DNA of 64,000 nucleotides, from IMG/VR virus record IMGVR_UViG_3300001528_000358. One strand, given 5' to 3'. Below, piece after piece: positions 31,286 to 42,660 of this stretch (within the stretch, counting starts at the first letter, position 1; every line of letters begins with the position of its first letter). The DNA is from an uncultured virus (IMG/VR IMGVR_UViG_3300001528_000358). Its lineage: Duplodnaviria > Heunggongvirae > Uroviricota > Caudoviricetes. The notes under the pieces are model-generated. The model was given only the letters and a program-made list of their open reading frames with translations. It was not told the origin of the DNA and did no database searches. The position numbers were made by a program, and so were the translations under genes.

Positions 31286-34200
31286 TTATACACCCATGGC
31301 TATTTTCTGAGCCAGTTGTTTATTTCGATTGCTTCCAGTATTTCCATTCCTACTTTCTGCTTTTGTAGATACTCCTTTACCAGAACCTCCTGATGTTTTT
31401 TGAGTTGAAGTCTGTGATGTATTATTGGTTCCAGTATAGATAGTATTATTTGTGGTTGTGTTATTTACGTTTTTCAACATATCTAACTTACTAGAAGCAT
31501 CTCCAGTATTGCTGACAATCTGCTGTAATAAATTAATTACAGTTTGTAATGCTTTATCACTAGAAGATGTATCAGTCTTAATAAAGTTATTAATATTTTG
31601 TGTGCTATTATTACCAGATGTTGTGGTATTTGTTTTAATGTTCCTTGTTAGCGTATTCTTAGATACAGTTGGTGTAGATGTTGTTTGTTTAACACCTGTA
31701 CCGAATCCTCCTCCAGAAGCACCACTTGGACCATTACCATTTACTACAACATAACCTGATGAATGTGCACGACCTTTCCACCAGTCTGTCTGATTCTTTT
31801 CTGGTTTTGTACCTTTTGCGGCTGCATTATAGTACCAAGATGTGGAATGGTCATATTTTTTATCTGTTTTATATTTACCATAAGTAACTTCGGCAGGGTG
31901 TCCATTCTTACGTTTTCCAATAAATGTAGTAGTATGAACTGGGTCTCCACGCTCCATTAAAACGAACGAACCGTTATCAAGAGCTTGATTCATTCCACTT
32001 ACTGCATCTGTTTCATTGGAACCTGTAATTGGATGCCATGTTGCGGCATTGCTGTTACCACTAATCTTATTAATGGCTTTCATTACACCATGAATACCAA
32101 CTTTTGCACCACGATCTTTACTTAAATTATTTCTTGACCAAGAATATAAATCGTTCAGATCTTTGGCTGGTCCACCAGCTTTCTGAATTCCCATTTCCAT
32201 AGCTTCCAAACTACAGCCGTGGTCTTTAACAAAACCACTATATGCACCTTTGTTAGAAACTGTGTATGTTTTACCATCAACAGTTACTGTGCTAGGGAAT
32301 TTCTTATTACCGGTTGATTTGGACTTACCTGGTATATGGTTACCTTCTGTATTACTTACAGTAGCATTGTTGTTTGTAGTGTCTGTGGATGTACCAGTTG
32401 TATTTGTTGTTGCACTTGCAGTAGAACCATTACCAAGATCAATGTTTTGCAGAATCTTGTTAGCTTCTGTCAAATCATAATTTCCTGTAATAGCACCATT
32501 GATTGCTGCGGTTCCAACAGCAGACATGTAATTTGTAATACCATCAAAGATTGATGTCTTTTCGGATGTTTCTGTTGATGAAGTATCTGTTCCATCAGTA
32601 GAACCACTCGCTGCGGTAGCATCTGTTACAGCTGCATCATCAGACCATGGTTTATCATCTTTATACTTCTTATAAAGAGTGTCATTGTAACCTGCAATGT
32701 CACCTTTCTTATTCTTACCAAAGAAGGTATAGAATTTATAGTGTGCACCATATTTATTATCAACTTTGTCACCAAACTTGTATGCATCACGTGATTTCGA
32801 ATTACGAATATCACCTGGGAACATATCATGTTCGTATACATATCTTGGTAATGTACGATGACCTTTAACAAGTACATCGTCAACTGCTGATAATGCTGTT
32901 TTTGTTTTTCCTCTCTTCCAAGAAGATGATGCGTACCATGAACTCTTCGCAGTTTTCATAATACCGGATGCATCTTTACTTCTTCCTTTGCTTTCGCTAA
33001 GGTTAGCAATCTGAGAAGCTTCCTGTCTAGCAGCAACTGGATCACTACCGCCGGTCTCACCAGTAATTAATGTTGCTAAATCATTTTTATTTGATTGAGA
33101 TAAATCTGAGTATTTAGGGAAATCGCTACCAACTCCTTCAACAGAAGATCCACTACTAGATACTCCATTGAAGTTAGAAGAACCGTCATATTTTGGATGA
33201 CCAAAACCAAGAATCCTTCCGTTAGTTAAGCTATATGATTTACGAGCTACTCCGCCACCATTATCTGCAACACCTTTTCCAGCACTTGTATTACCTTCGA
33301 TAGTATGAACTGTATTGCCATTTACGGATTCTACTAAACCAATATGGTTTGCTCCACCATGTCGACTTCCACTAAAGAAGATACAATCGCCAGGTTGTGG
33401 ATTTTTATCAAATCGATTCATCTTCTTGAATCCTTGCATCGCTGTGTTACAAGAAGCACTCCATGAACCCATTACGGATTTAACTTTTGATTTATCATGG
33501 TTTGCTGCAGTCCACATACACCATGTGACAAACGAGCAACACCAAAACATACTTCCAGCACCGAAACAATCTTTATTATACTTCGTATAATTTGATCTTC
33601 CTGCATTAGCTGTTTTGTCATTCAATTGACTATTAGAGCGTTTTTCTAAATAACCAACTTCATTTTTAGCAACATTGATTACATCTTGAGCTGTGAAGTT
33701 ATTACCTCTTCCACCTCTTATTTTCTTTTTACCGTGTCCACCGAAGAATCTTCGACGAACTGGTTTTCTTCCTTTTCCAGAACCACCATTTCCAAAGGAC
33801 CATGCAGCCCCAGTTTCAGATGCAACGTCATTTAAATCATATTTACCAGAGTACTGTTTTCCTCGTGGGTCATTGATTAATACATTTCCATCTTGGTCTT
33901 TTCCTACAGCTACTACATAATGTCCTGCTGGTGTGTAAGCAGAATTATGTTTTACTCCAGGTTTATCTCCATATCCACCACCACTAGCTCCAGATAAGAT
34001 CATCGGTTTACCTTGATCTAATTGGTCACTAATATATTGTGCAGATGGATTTTCTGCTTCTTGGCTATTGATGCCGTAAGCTCCAGCAGCCTTGTTGATA
34101 AAGTTCCAGTTTGTACCTGTACTATCTCTATCACCGGTTGCTTTTGCTAAAGAAGCTGTTTCCATAGGGTCTACTTTTTGTCCAGTCATCTGACTTGCTA

Positions 34201-37200
34201 CCATAGACATTGCTGCTGGACCACATCCAGTATTATCCATTGTAGCATTATCCTGGCCAGTATTATAAGCTTTGTCTTTCCATCTAGGGTCACTCTGAGA
34301 ATAGTAACTAAATCCATTTACTTGCTCGTCTCCACGACCACCATGGATTGGTTTTCTTCCTTTTCCAGAACCACCCATTTGATTTAATTGCTTACGATAT
34401 TTCTCTGGTACATAATCGGAAATATTCATTGCCGCATTGCTCTGTTTTACACCAGATTTTGGATAGATGCTCTTTCCAGAACCACCATTCCCTGTAGCAA
34501 TTCCATTTGTAGAAGATGTATCTACGTGGCTTCCACCAGAACCAGAACTATCATCGGTTTTATTGAAGATATTTGATACAAAATTCTTGACACCATTGAC
34601 TGCTTTAGTAGCTAAATTGCCAGCACTCTTCCATAAATCACTTAATGATTCATGAATAGATTTGATGGTATTTTGAGCATTTGTATTCTTCACTTTCTTT
34701 GTTTTAACAATCATACCTACTTGCATTTTGTGTTTAACTTCTTCGGCACTAACACCTTTTTGAATTAAATCACCATTTGCACTGTAGTAATCAAATTTGC
34801 TTCCATTTGCTTGATAGTAGTTACCACTAACATCAGTGTATACCATGTTAGTACTTTCGGCTTTAAATACTCCACCAAACAATCTATCTTTGATTGTATC
34901 ATTGATTGCTTTTAATCCTGTAGACGCAACTTTTAATGCAGTCTGTTTCAGTTTACTTCCCTTTGCCCAAGTCTTACTTAATTTAGTAAGCTGATTTTCA
35001 CTATCACGGACAAATTTATTTACTGTCTTATTATAAAGAGTTTCTAATGAAGATGGGTCTGTATTCATTGTTGTCTCTTTTACTTCATTATTTTTCATCT
35101 TTTCTAATAATTCAGTTTGCTTAATAGAACCAATCTTAGTACCATTGGCACTATAATGAGTTCCATCAGATTTGTAGTAACTACCGTCAGTATCATCGAG
35201 ATATACTGACTCTTTTTTATTTGATAATGCCCTAAATGGAGACATTTCCTTTATAGCACTCGTTATTAATTTTGCTGCGGCTTTCGCTGTTTTCTTTGGA
35301 TGTTTGTAAGCGTATGTTGCTCCGGATTTAATTGCACTTCCAGCTTTTGACAATGCGGAACCAACTTTCTTCTTTGCAGATTTTGCTACAGAAGTTACTT
35401 TAGCGCCCACTTTGTCTACAGTATTATCAATAGCTGTGTTTACTTTATTAATTCCTTTACTAACTGTCGCTCCAGCTTTCTTTAATCCTTTTCCAACAGT
35501 TTTTACCGTTTTCTTACCAAACTTAATTCCTTTCTCAGCAACTTTACTAAGTTTTCTTGCTAATGTTTGATGTTTATCGTCGTTGTAATCTTGGAAAGAT
35601 TTATAATTGACTTTAAACTTACCATCGGCAACCATCTGTTCAAATTCCTGAAGAGAAGTCGTAGGTTCGATTTTACCATCTGCTAAAGCTTTTTGATAAG
35701 CTTTAATCATTTTACCTTCTTTGTATTTCTGATACTTCTTCTCAAAATCGTTTTGACCTTTTTCAAGTTTTTTACTATCTTTCTTACTAGAAAGACTATC
35801 GTAAATTCGAGCAGCAAGTTCTGTAATAAAGTTTACTTGTGATACTTCAGCTACTACTTCATTAACCATATCAATGATAGAACCAACAGTATTGTTCAAT
35901 AAACCACCAATGACTGTAGAAATAATAACCATCTTAGCATCAACATATTCTTTATCTACTTGAAATAAACGAGAAGCACCAGTTGCACCATTTACAGCAC
36001 CCATAGCAAACTGTGCTACAGGACCTGATAATGTTTCTAAAACCTTTTTACCATTGGTAAATAACGGTTTTACTTTATCAATAACTTTCTGTTTTTTGTT
36101 TTTCAATATTTCTATAATAGATTTAGCAAAACTCTTACCACCATTACCAGCAGCTTTTTCTCCAACCTTACTAGCAACATTACCGAATGCTTTATTAATA
36201 AACCATTCTACAGCAGAAACAACTCTATCGAATAATTTACTTTGTGATCTCTTATTCTCTATTGCTGATTTAGCAACTTCTGCAGATTTACTAGCAATCT
36301 TCGTAACTTTAGCTTTTCCTTTATCTGCTACAGCAGATACTTTTGCGGAACCTTTAAACTTAACAGACCTAAGTGTATCAGAAGCTTCTGTTGCCTTTTG
36401 AACAACTTTTTCTCCTGTCTTAGATTTATTTAATTTATCGACTAAATTACGCTTCTTATCATTGATTTTACTAGCTACTTTTCCACCAAGAGTTTGACGA
36501 TAACCAACAGTATCTGCACCAAGCATCGCTGAAGCTGCTTCGGAAAATGATCCATACTGCTCTTTTAATGCAGCAGCTCCCTCGGCTCCAAAGTTTTCAG
36601 TAAGTGTTTTTAATCCATTTGCATCATCCATTGTGTATTTTAATCCAGGTTTTAATTCGCTAAGAATCTTACCAGGCATTTGTACACCAGATTTAACAAG
36701 TTCAGCACCTTTCTTAACACCGGCTTTAGTACCACCAATTGTTTTTGTTGCGGCGGTTTTCGCTAATCCAGGTAATGCTTTTGCATTTTTTACAATCTTT
36801 TCCTTGTTTTTACCAAGACGTTTATTAACAGACTTCTTTACAAGATAAGGTAAACCTTTTGTAGTGAAGTTTAACTTTGCTAAAGTTTCATGGTTTGTAT
36901 TACCATTCTTATCTGTGATATATGTACCAACTGCTCCAGCTACATCACCGTCACCGAGTTTCTTAATAGCTGCGTTCGTATTATCACTTTCTGCTTTAGA
37001 AGCATCTGCCATAGATTGACCATTTGTGTTATATCCTTTTGTGGATCTTTCTACTGTTTTCTTAGCCCATGATGTGAGAGCTTTACCAACAATTTTACTT
37101 GGTCCATTTAAGATAGTACCAATGGTCTGCATAACTGGTGAGAAAATTGTAAAGATGTCTTTTACGGTTCCAGCAATTGTTGCTGCTGATTTAGCAACTC

Positions 37201-40200
37201 CAGCAATACCGGCTGCAGCACCTTTTGCAATTTCTTTAATATTTTCTTTATTATCAGAAACAAAATCTCCTACAGTAGTTACACCTTTAGCGATTGTTTT
37301 TAATGGTTTTAATAGTCCTTCACCATCACCACCTTCTCCTTGTCCAAGAGCTGCAGCGATTGCACCGGCAATACCATTTTGTGAAAATCCACTAATGATA
37401 TTTTTTCCGTTAGTCCATAACCATTTAAATACTTTAATTGCCAATGGAGCTAATAATAATAAGCCACCTGTCACTAAACCTTTTTTACCGAAGATAGATT
37501 TCCAGTGGAATCCTAAATCGAAAGTAGCATCTGCTCCTTTCTTTGTATTCTCTTCGATTTGTTCTTCACGTTCTTTGGCTTCTTGTTTCTCTTTTTCATC
37601 AATTTGCTCTTGAGCAGATTTACCTTTTTCTTTAGCTTCTGCTAACTTGGCATCTTCTTCTTTTTGTTGCTCTTTCTTTTCTTCTGCAGATGTTCCTCTC
37701 TCTTTTACATCTGCAATACGGCTTGCATTTGCTTCTTCCTTTTTATCTTGAGCATCATCTTTGTTGTCTTCATTGATAATGGATTCTGCAACTTTAGCTG
37801 AATTGCTAGAAAGAGTATCTTCTACATTTTGTGATAAAGATTCAATCTTGACAGAAACTACTTTCTGTCCATCTTCTTCACCACGTCCACCACGAATCCT
37901 AGAAAGAAGATTCTTAACAATTCCACGTCCAGAACCACCAGATTCTCCGGCTTCTTTTGCGTTTTCTTCTTCTTGTTTTGCTTTTTCAGCTTCGGCTTGC
38001 GCTTTTGCCAATTTAGCTTCTTCAATCTTTCGTTCTGCAGGTGTTTTATAAGTACCATTCTTTTGCTCTTCATATTGTTTTCTAGCTTCAGGTTTTCCAA
38101 GATAGTCATAATGTTTTAATTGGGTTTCGATATAACGGTCGTTCATGCCTTGAACATATTTTTTTGCACCATTAATTTCACCCTTTACATTATCTAATTG
38201 ACGAGCGAGAATATTTTTTGTATGATTGGATTTTTTACCAGTAACTGGATCAAAATCATCACCACCGAATAAATGACGTTTAAGACCTAAAGCATTAGAT
38301 TTTATATATTGACGGAAACTATATTCTTCTGGGGCAAACTCCTCATTTTTCTTTTTACGTTTCTCATCTTTCTCTTTCTGCTTCTCTTCTTCTTTCTTTC
38401 TCTCAATTTCGTCTTTTTCTTCTTGGGTAAGTTTTTCACCATCTTTTTTACTTTTACCATCCCAGTTCTTATCTCTTGCTAAAGAGTTAAATAATCCCTG
38501 AGTATAGTAAACAATCTTTCCGATAGGGTCTAAGCTTTTTACATTTGCTTTAGCGATTTCTTCGCTTGACATTTTAGCAACGTCTTTACCTTCTTTTGCA
38601 ATCTTAGCTTGACGGTCTTCGCTCTCACCAACTAATTTTGCGTATGCTTCTGGATTTGCACGTCGTAAAGCTAAACGACCTTCATCTGTATCAGCAGAGA
38701 ATTGATTCTTTGTATGTTTTGCAATTAATTTTGCATTCTGATCATGAATCTTAGTTTCTTTTTTCCATTTGGCAATGTTTTCTCTATCATGTTTACGGCT
38801 AATTCTTTCACGTTCCATACGTTCTTTAAACGTACCTTCTGTTGTACCGTATTTAGGAGCTTTTTCGTATTTGCCAGATCTATGTAATTTTTTATCTAAG
38901 AAATTACTAGCTTTACCAATACCAGTTCCAATTAATCCACCAACAAAACGAATAGGAGCTGAAACTGTTTTAAGAATACCACCAATACCTTTAATGGTAT
39001 AACTTGTCACTTTTCCAATACTCTTGAAGATTAATCTTCTCGTTTCATCAAGCAAATAACGTACTGGTCTTGTTAAATCTGCAAGCTTACTTGTGAACGC
39101 ATTCAATCCCCAACGCATAGCTCTAAATGGAAGTGAAATTGCTTTCATAGATGTACTTGCAATAACTTCAGAAGCTTTTGTGAGTGTTTCTGTAAATGGA
39201 GCTAAAACAGTACCGACTTCATTGATAATATTATCTTTGACTAAAGTACCAAACTCATTCAAACCAGAAACAATAGTATCTTTGATACCACCGGCAAAGG
39301 AACCAGCAATACCAGCTACTTCTTCTGCCATAAACGCAAATGGTTGTAAAATATCATGTTGTAATGTAAACTGAAGCTCTTTTACAATCGTTTGTCCACT
39401 ATGAAGAACTGGTCTAAAAAGATTTGCATTAAGCATATTCTTAAATTGACCAACCACGCCTTCTCTATGGACATCGTTGCCATGAATATCTTTTTCATCT
39501 TTACCAAATAACCATTCTCGGAAATTTCCACCACTTGCTTTGATTGTAAGACCAAGTCCAGCCAATGCACCACCAATCGGACCAAATGGACCAAGTGCTG
39601 CACCAAGAACACCAAACTTAGTAAGCATAGCTCCGGTTAATGCTCCTGCACCAACGCCGATTGCACCCATACCAAGATTAGCACCATTGGCATCTAACTT
39701 TCCACCTTTTTTACTAAAGCCAGCAGAAAATGCATCTTTTACTGCACTGATAATTCCTTTTTGTCCACGGTCTTCATCTCCAAAGAGGAACTTACTAAAT
39801 GTGCTAGATTTCAGGAAGATAGTACTTGCTAAACCGGTTAATGCGCCAGCAACTGGACCACCAACTAATGTTCCTAATATACCACCACCAGTAATACCGG
39901 CAGCACCTAAACCAGCACCAATCGTTGCTCCACCAACTAATAAAGACTTGTGTTCTTTGGCAAAGTCTTGTATCTTTTTACTGATAATACCACCAGTACG
40001 TTCACCATTCTCATCTTCTTCACCAAAAAGCATTGTTTTAAACTTTTCAGATTTAGATAAGAAACCTGTTAAACTACCAAGGATAGCACCAGCAAAAGGA
40101 CCACCAACTAAATTACCGAGAATACCACCAAATGCAGTTCCAGCACCAGCACCAATTACAGTACCAGTCAATGTCGCTGGTAATCTTTCTTTGAAGGTAC

Positions 40201-42535
40201 TCATCATATTATCAGTAGCTTCTTTTTTCTCTTCATCTGTTAAAGGATGACCAATAAAAGCTTCTTGCCATTTACCCATTCCTTCTGATAAAGAATTGCC
40301 AATTTGGGAAAGTAAACCGTTTTTACGTTTTCCTTCTTCATCCTTTTCACCAAAGAGTTTAGTCATTACACCTTCTTTGATTGTACCACCAAAGGATTTT
40401 AAATTATCAAGCACGGAAGGTTCCCCATTTTCCGTTGGACCAACAATGGCTTCTTTTAATGGTTTAAAGATTGTATCACCGGCTTTATCCATGATAATCT
40501 TTGCTTGGTCTGTAACCATTCCACCAAGTTCCATATTGGCTTCTGCATAGTTACCACGCATAGCACTATTCATCTGTTTATTCAGATGACCAGTAAGATT
40601 AGAAAACATAGAGCCGATAAGACCTGTATTCATTTCTTCTTGAGGAGCAAGCTGTGCTTTACGCACTTTAATCGTAGAACTATTTTTGCTATAGTCTCCA
40701 TATCCAAATTCTCTATCAATTAACTTATTGATATCTTCTCCGTTTAATCCAGATGCAAATAAATTGTATTCACTTGGATTATTATTGATATCATTGAGAA
40801 TATTGTTACGATTGGCATTTGCTTTTAATCTAGCTCTTGAAAAGTCATTTAAAGAATTCGGATTTTCTTCTTGTAATTTCTGGATATAATCCATAATTAC
40901 TTTTACATTCCATCGTTCCTTTTTGTTATTTGAAATAACTTTATCTGCGACTTGAGCCAAATCACCCTCTTTAGAAAAATCTTTTAAGTCTACACTATGG
41001 TCGATATTACCAAGTAAGGTTAACATCTCATCCAACGTGTGACGAAGAGAATCTTGGGCTTTTTCACCCTCTTGGGAATTTACTAAATTATTCATTGCTT
41101 TACCAAATTCACCACTCTTAATAGTATTTAAGAAGGTATCTTGAATTTGACTTGCAATATTACTTTGTACATCACGGACTTTCACATACTTATTCTGTTC
41201 ATAGTCCCATACTTCTGCATCTAATTTTGCATCTTCAGTTTTTACACGTAATTTCTTTGCGATTGCTTGCAAGTAAGAAGTTTGTTCACGAAGTTCTTTG
41301 GTAATAATTTCCGTAATCGCATGTTTTGTTTCACCATCAAAAGGAACCGGACCTTTATCAATTTTGGCGGCATCGATTTTATTGTCTTGCTTTACGCGAA
41401 TACCAAAGATTTTACCTATGTTTTTCTTTAACATACCAACAGCACCAGTAGAATACTCATCTCCCCAGTCTGCCAGTTTTTCTAACATAGATGGAACAAA
41501 GGTAGAGAAGGTTTTCTCTACACTATCGATTGTACTACCAACCAAAGTTGTAACCATTTTTGTGGTTAAGAACTTCATACCAAAACCTAATGGATTGGAT
41601 GCTAACATATTAAGGGTATCTTCATCTGCTAACATTTCTAATCCACTAATTTCGGATTGACGGAAGGTGGTCTTTAATTGCTGCATTATTAATCTCTTAT
41701 AATTCGCAATGTTTATGCCACCTTTGGTATCACTATTAAAAATATCAGAACCGACAAGTTTTTTATCCTTATCACCATATTCATCGGCTACTTGTGCAGC
41801 ACCAATCTTTTCATAATATGCTAAACTTGCTTCAATAAATTTAGTCATATTTTGATTCTGGTATTCTACCATAGAGGTTAAGCTATTACTGATATTGCTT
41901 AAATGGCTAATTACCTCTGAACCAATTTTTTCCATCTGATACATAGATGCTGATGCGGTTGCAATTTGAGCATCCATTCTCGCTTTATTGGTTTTTAACA
42001 TAACCTCTGTTTGCTTTTTGGATTGCTCTTGGAATGCAAGCATTGCAGCATTATCAGAATTACCTTGATTTACAACATTGAAACTGACATTGTTAGTTGT
42101 GGGGGTATCTTCATCCCCGAAACTTACATCAGAAGAATCATCATTAAAATCAAAGGTATCACTAAAATCATTATCATCTGATCCTTCTCCAGTAATCGCA
42201 CCCATCGTTCTATCAGTGTTATTTAAATTACCAGATTTTAAATCAGATAACGCGTTTTTAAAAGCAGTACCAGCTGCTTTTACATATTTATTTTTCTTTA
42301 AAGAATCACTAACTCCATTTACGTCAGAAGATTTCTGTCGGATAACACCGATAAGATTTTTCGTAGCATCCGCAGAAGCTGTCGTAACTTCTGCTAAATT
42401 TGGATATAATTCTTTTAAACTATCTTGGGTGGTAAGTCCAATGCTTTTCATTGCATTCTTAATCCATTTACCATTAAAGCCTTTCGATTTTGTTTGAACC
42501 GAGGCTTTGGTAATATTACGAAACGCGTTTGGCAT
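31286..42535 (-). CDS. tape measure / tail-associated lysin polyprotein (~3750 aa)
   Basis: Very long helical ORF with glycine-zipper hydrophobic segments; C-terminal C39-like (YYSQSDPRW..GCGP..HYVV..NDP) and CHAP (WCCSFV..HIGLV..IEGN) domains; late motif 42572-42584. Confidence 0.85.
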   Translation of the reverse strand: MPNAFRNITKASVQTKSKGFNGKWIKNAMKSIGLTTQDSLKELYPNLAEVTTASADATKNLIGVIRQKSSDVNGVSDSLKKNKYVKAAGTAFKNALSDLKSGNLNNTDRTMGAITGEGSDDNDFSDTFDFNDDSSDVSFGDEDTPTTNNVSFNVVNQGNSDNAAMLAFQEQSKKQTEVMLKTNKARMDAQIATASASMYQMEKIGSEVISHLSNISNSLTSMVEYQNQNMTKFIEASLAYYEKIGAAQVADEYGDKDKKLVGSDIFNSDTKGGINIANYKRLIMQQLKTTFRQSEISGLEMLADEDTLNMLASNPLGFGMKFLTTKMVTTLVGSTIDSVEKTFSTFVPSMLEKLADWGDEYSTGAVGMLKKNIGKIFGIRVKQDNKIDAAKIDKGPVPFDGETKHAITEIITKELREQTSYLQAIAKKLRVKTEDAKLDAEVWDYEQNKYVKVRDVQSNIASQIQDTFLNTIKSGEFGKAMNNLVNSQEGEKAQDSLRHTLDEMLTLLGNIDHSVDLKDFSKEGDLAQVADKVISNNKKERWNVKVIMDYIQKLQEENPNSLNDFSRARLKANANRNNILNDINNNPSEYNLFASGLNGEDINKLIDREFGYGDYSKNSSTIKVRKAQLAPQEEMNTGLIGSMFSNLTGHLNKQMNSAMRGNYAEANMELGGMVTDQAKIIMDKAGDTIFKPLKEAIVGPTENGEPSVLDNLKSFGGTIKEGVMTKLFGEKDEEGKRKNGLLSQIGNSLSEGMGKWQEAFIGHPLTDEEKKEATDNMMSTFKERLPATLTGTVIGAGAGTAFGGILGNLVGGPFAGAILGSLTGFLSKSEKFKTMLFGEEDENGERTGGIISKKIQDFAKEHKSLLVGGATIGAGLGAAGITGGGILGTLVGGPVAGALTGLASTIFLKSSTFSKFLFGDEDRGQKGIISAVKDAFSAGFSKKGGKLDANGANLGMGAIGVGAGALTGAMLTKFGVLGAALGPFGPIGGALAGLGLTIKASGGNFREWLFGKDEKDIHGNDVHREGVVGQFKNMLNANLFRPVLHSGQTIVKELQFTLQHDILQPFAFMAEEVAGIAGSFAGGIKDTIVSGLNEFGTLVKDNIINEVGTVLAPFTETLTKASEVIASTSMKAISLPFRAMRWGLNAFTSKLADLTRPVRYLLDETRRLIFKSIGKVTSYTIKGIGGILKTVSAPIRFVGGLIGTGIGKASNFLDKKLHRSGKYEKAPKYGTTEGTFKERMERERISRKHDRENIAKWKKETKIHDQNAKLIAKHTKNQFSADTDEGRLALRRANPEAYAKLVGESEDRQAKIAKEGKDVAKMSSEEIAKANVKSLDPIGKIVYYTQGLFNSLARDKNWDGKSKKDGEKLTQEEKDEIERKKEEEKQKEKDEKRKKKNEEFAPEEYSFRQYIKSNALGLKRHLFGGDDFDPVTGKKSNHTKNILARQLDNVKGEINGAKKYVQGMNDRYIETQLKHYDYLGKPEARKQYEEQKNGTYKTPAERKIEEAKLAKAQAEAEKAKQEEENAKEAGESGGSGRGIVKNLLSRIRGGRGEEDGQKVVSVKIESLSQNVEDTLSSNSAKVAESIINEDNKDDAQDKKEEANASRIADVKERGTSAEEKKEQQKEEDAKLAEAKEKGKSAQEQIDEKEKQEAKEREEQIEENTKKGADATFDLGFHWKSIFGKKGLVTGGLLLLAPLAIKVFKWLWTNGKNIISGFSQNGIAGAIAAALGQGEGGDGEGLLKPLKTIAKGVTTVGDFVSDNKENIKEIAKGAAAGIAGVAKSAATIAGTVKDIFTIFSPVMQTIGTILNGPSKIVGKALTSWAKKTVERSTKGYNTNGQSMADASKAESDNTNAAIKKLGDGDVAGAVGTYITDKNGNTNHETLAKLNFTTKGLPYLVKKSVNKRLGKNKEKIVKNAKALPGLAKTAATKTIGGTKAGVKKGAELVKSGVQMPGKILSELKPGLKYTMDDANGLKTLTENFGAEGAAALKEQYGSFSEAASAMLGADTVGYRQTLGGKVASKINDKKRNLVDKLNKSKTGEKVVQKATEASDTLRSVKFKGSAKVSAVADKGKAKVTKIASKSAEVAKSAIENKRSQSKLFDRVVSAVEWFINKAFGNVASKVGEKAAGNGGKSFAKSIIEILKNKKQKVIDKVKPLFTNGKKVLETLSGPVAQFAMGAVNGATGASRLFQVDKEYVDAKMVIISTVIGGLLNNTVGSIIDMVNEVVAEVSQVNFITELAARIYDSLSSKKDSKKLEKGQNDFEKKYQKYKEGKMIKAYQKALADGKIEPTTSLQEFEQMVADGKFKVNYKSFQDYNDDKHQTLARKLSKVAEKGIKFGKKTVKTVGKGLKKAGATVSKGINKVNTAIDNTVDKVGAKVTSVAKSAKKKVGSALSKAGSAIKSGATYAYKHPKKTAKAAAKLITSAIKEMSPFRALSNKKESVYLDDTDGSYYKSDGTHYSANGTKIGSIKQTELLEKMKNNEVKETTMNTDPSSLETLYNKTVNKFVRDSENQLTKLSKTWAKGSKLKQTALKVASTGLKAINDTIKDRLFGGVFKAESTNMVYTDVSGNYYQANGSKFDYYSANGDLIQKGVSAEEVKHKMQVGMIVKTKKVKNTNAQNTIKSIHESLSDLWKSAGNLATKAVNGVKNFVSNIFNKTDDSSGSGGSHVDTSSTNGIATGNGGSGKSIYPKSGVKQSNAAMNISDYVPEKYRKQLNQMGGSGKGRKPIHGGRGDEQVNGFSYYSQSDPRWKDKAYNTGQDNATMDNTGCGPAAMSMVASQMTGQKVDPMETASLAKATGDRDSTGTNWNFINKAAGAYGINSQEAENPSAQYISDQLDQGKPMILSGASGGGYGDKPGVKHNSAYTPAGHYVVAVGKDQDGNVLINDPRGKQYSGKYDLNDVASETGAAWSFGNGGSGKGRKPVRRRFFGGHGKKKIRGGRGNNFTAQDVINVAKNEVGYLEKRSNSQLNDKTANAGRSNYTKYNKDCFGAGSMFWCCSFVTWCMWTAANHDKSKVKSVMGSWSASCNTAMQGFKKMNRFDKNPQPGDCIFFSGSRHGGANHIGLVESVNGNTVHTIEGNTSAGKGVADNGGGVARKSYSLTNGRILGFGHPKYDGSSNFNGVSSSGSSVEGVGSDFPKYSDLSQSNKNDLATLITGETGGSDPVAARQEASQIANLSESKGRSKDASGIMKTAKSSWYASSSWKRGKTKTALSAVDDVLVKGHRTLPRYVYEHDMFPGDIRNSKSRDAYKFGDKVDNKYGAHYKFYTFFGKNKKGDIAGYNDTLYKKYKDDKPWSDDAAVTDATAASGSTDGTDTSSTETSEKTSIFDGITNYMSAVGTAAINGAITGNYDLTEANKILQNIDLGNGSTASATTNTTGTSTDTTNNNATVSNTEGNHIPGKSKSTGNKKFPSTVTVDGKTYTVSNKGAYSGFVKDHGCSLEAMEMGIQKAGGPAKDLNDLYSWSRNNLSKDRGAKVGIHGVMKAINKISGNSNAATWHPITGSNETDAVSGMNQALDNGSFVLMERGDPVHTTTFIGKRKNGHPAEVTYGKYKTDKKYDHSTSWYYNAAAKGTKPEKNQTDWWKGRAHSSGYVVVNGNGPSGASGGGFGTGVKQTTSTPTVSKNTLTRNIKTNTTTSGNNSTQNINNFIKTDTSSSDKALQTVINLLQQIVSNTGDASSKLDMLKNVNNTTTNNTIYTGTNNTSQTSTQKTSGGSGKGVSTKAESRNGNTGSNRNKQLAQKIAMGV

Positions 42536-42660
42536 AATCGTATTCACCCCTTTCTCAAGTAATGATTTACATTATAAAAATGTTTTTTATGAGAAAATAA
42601 GGGTAAAAAAATAAAAAAAAGGATTGCATGAGCAATCCTTTCAAAAATCAAACCGGTATA

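Noticed and set aside
31452..42497. Many plus-strand ORFs antisense to the tape measure gene (likewise opposite gyrA/gyrB and the fibres)
   Set aside because: Shadow ORFs from codon bias; no RBS or recognisable motifs.
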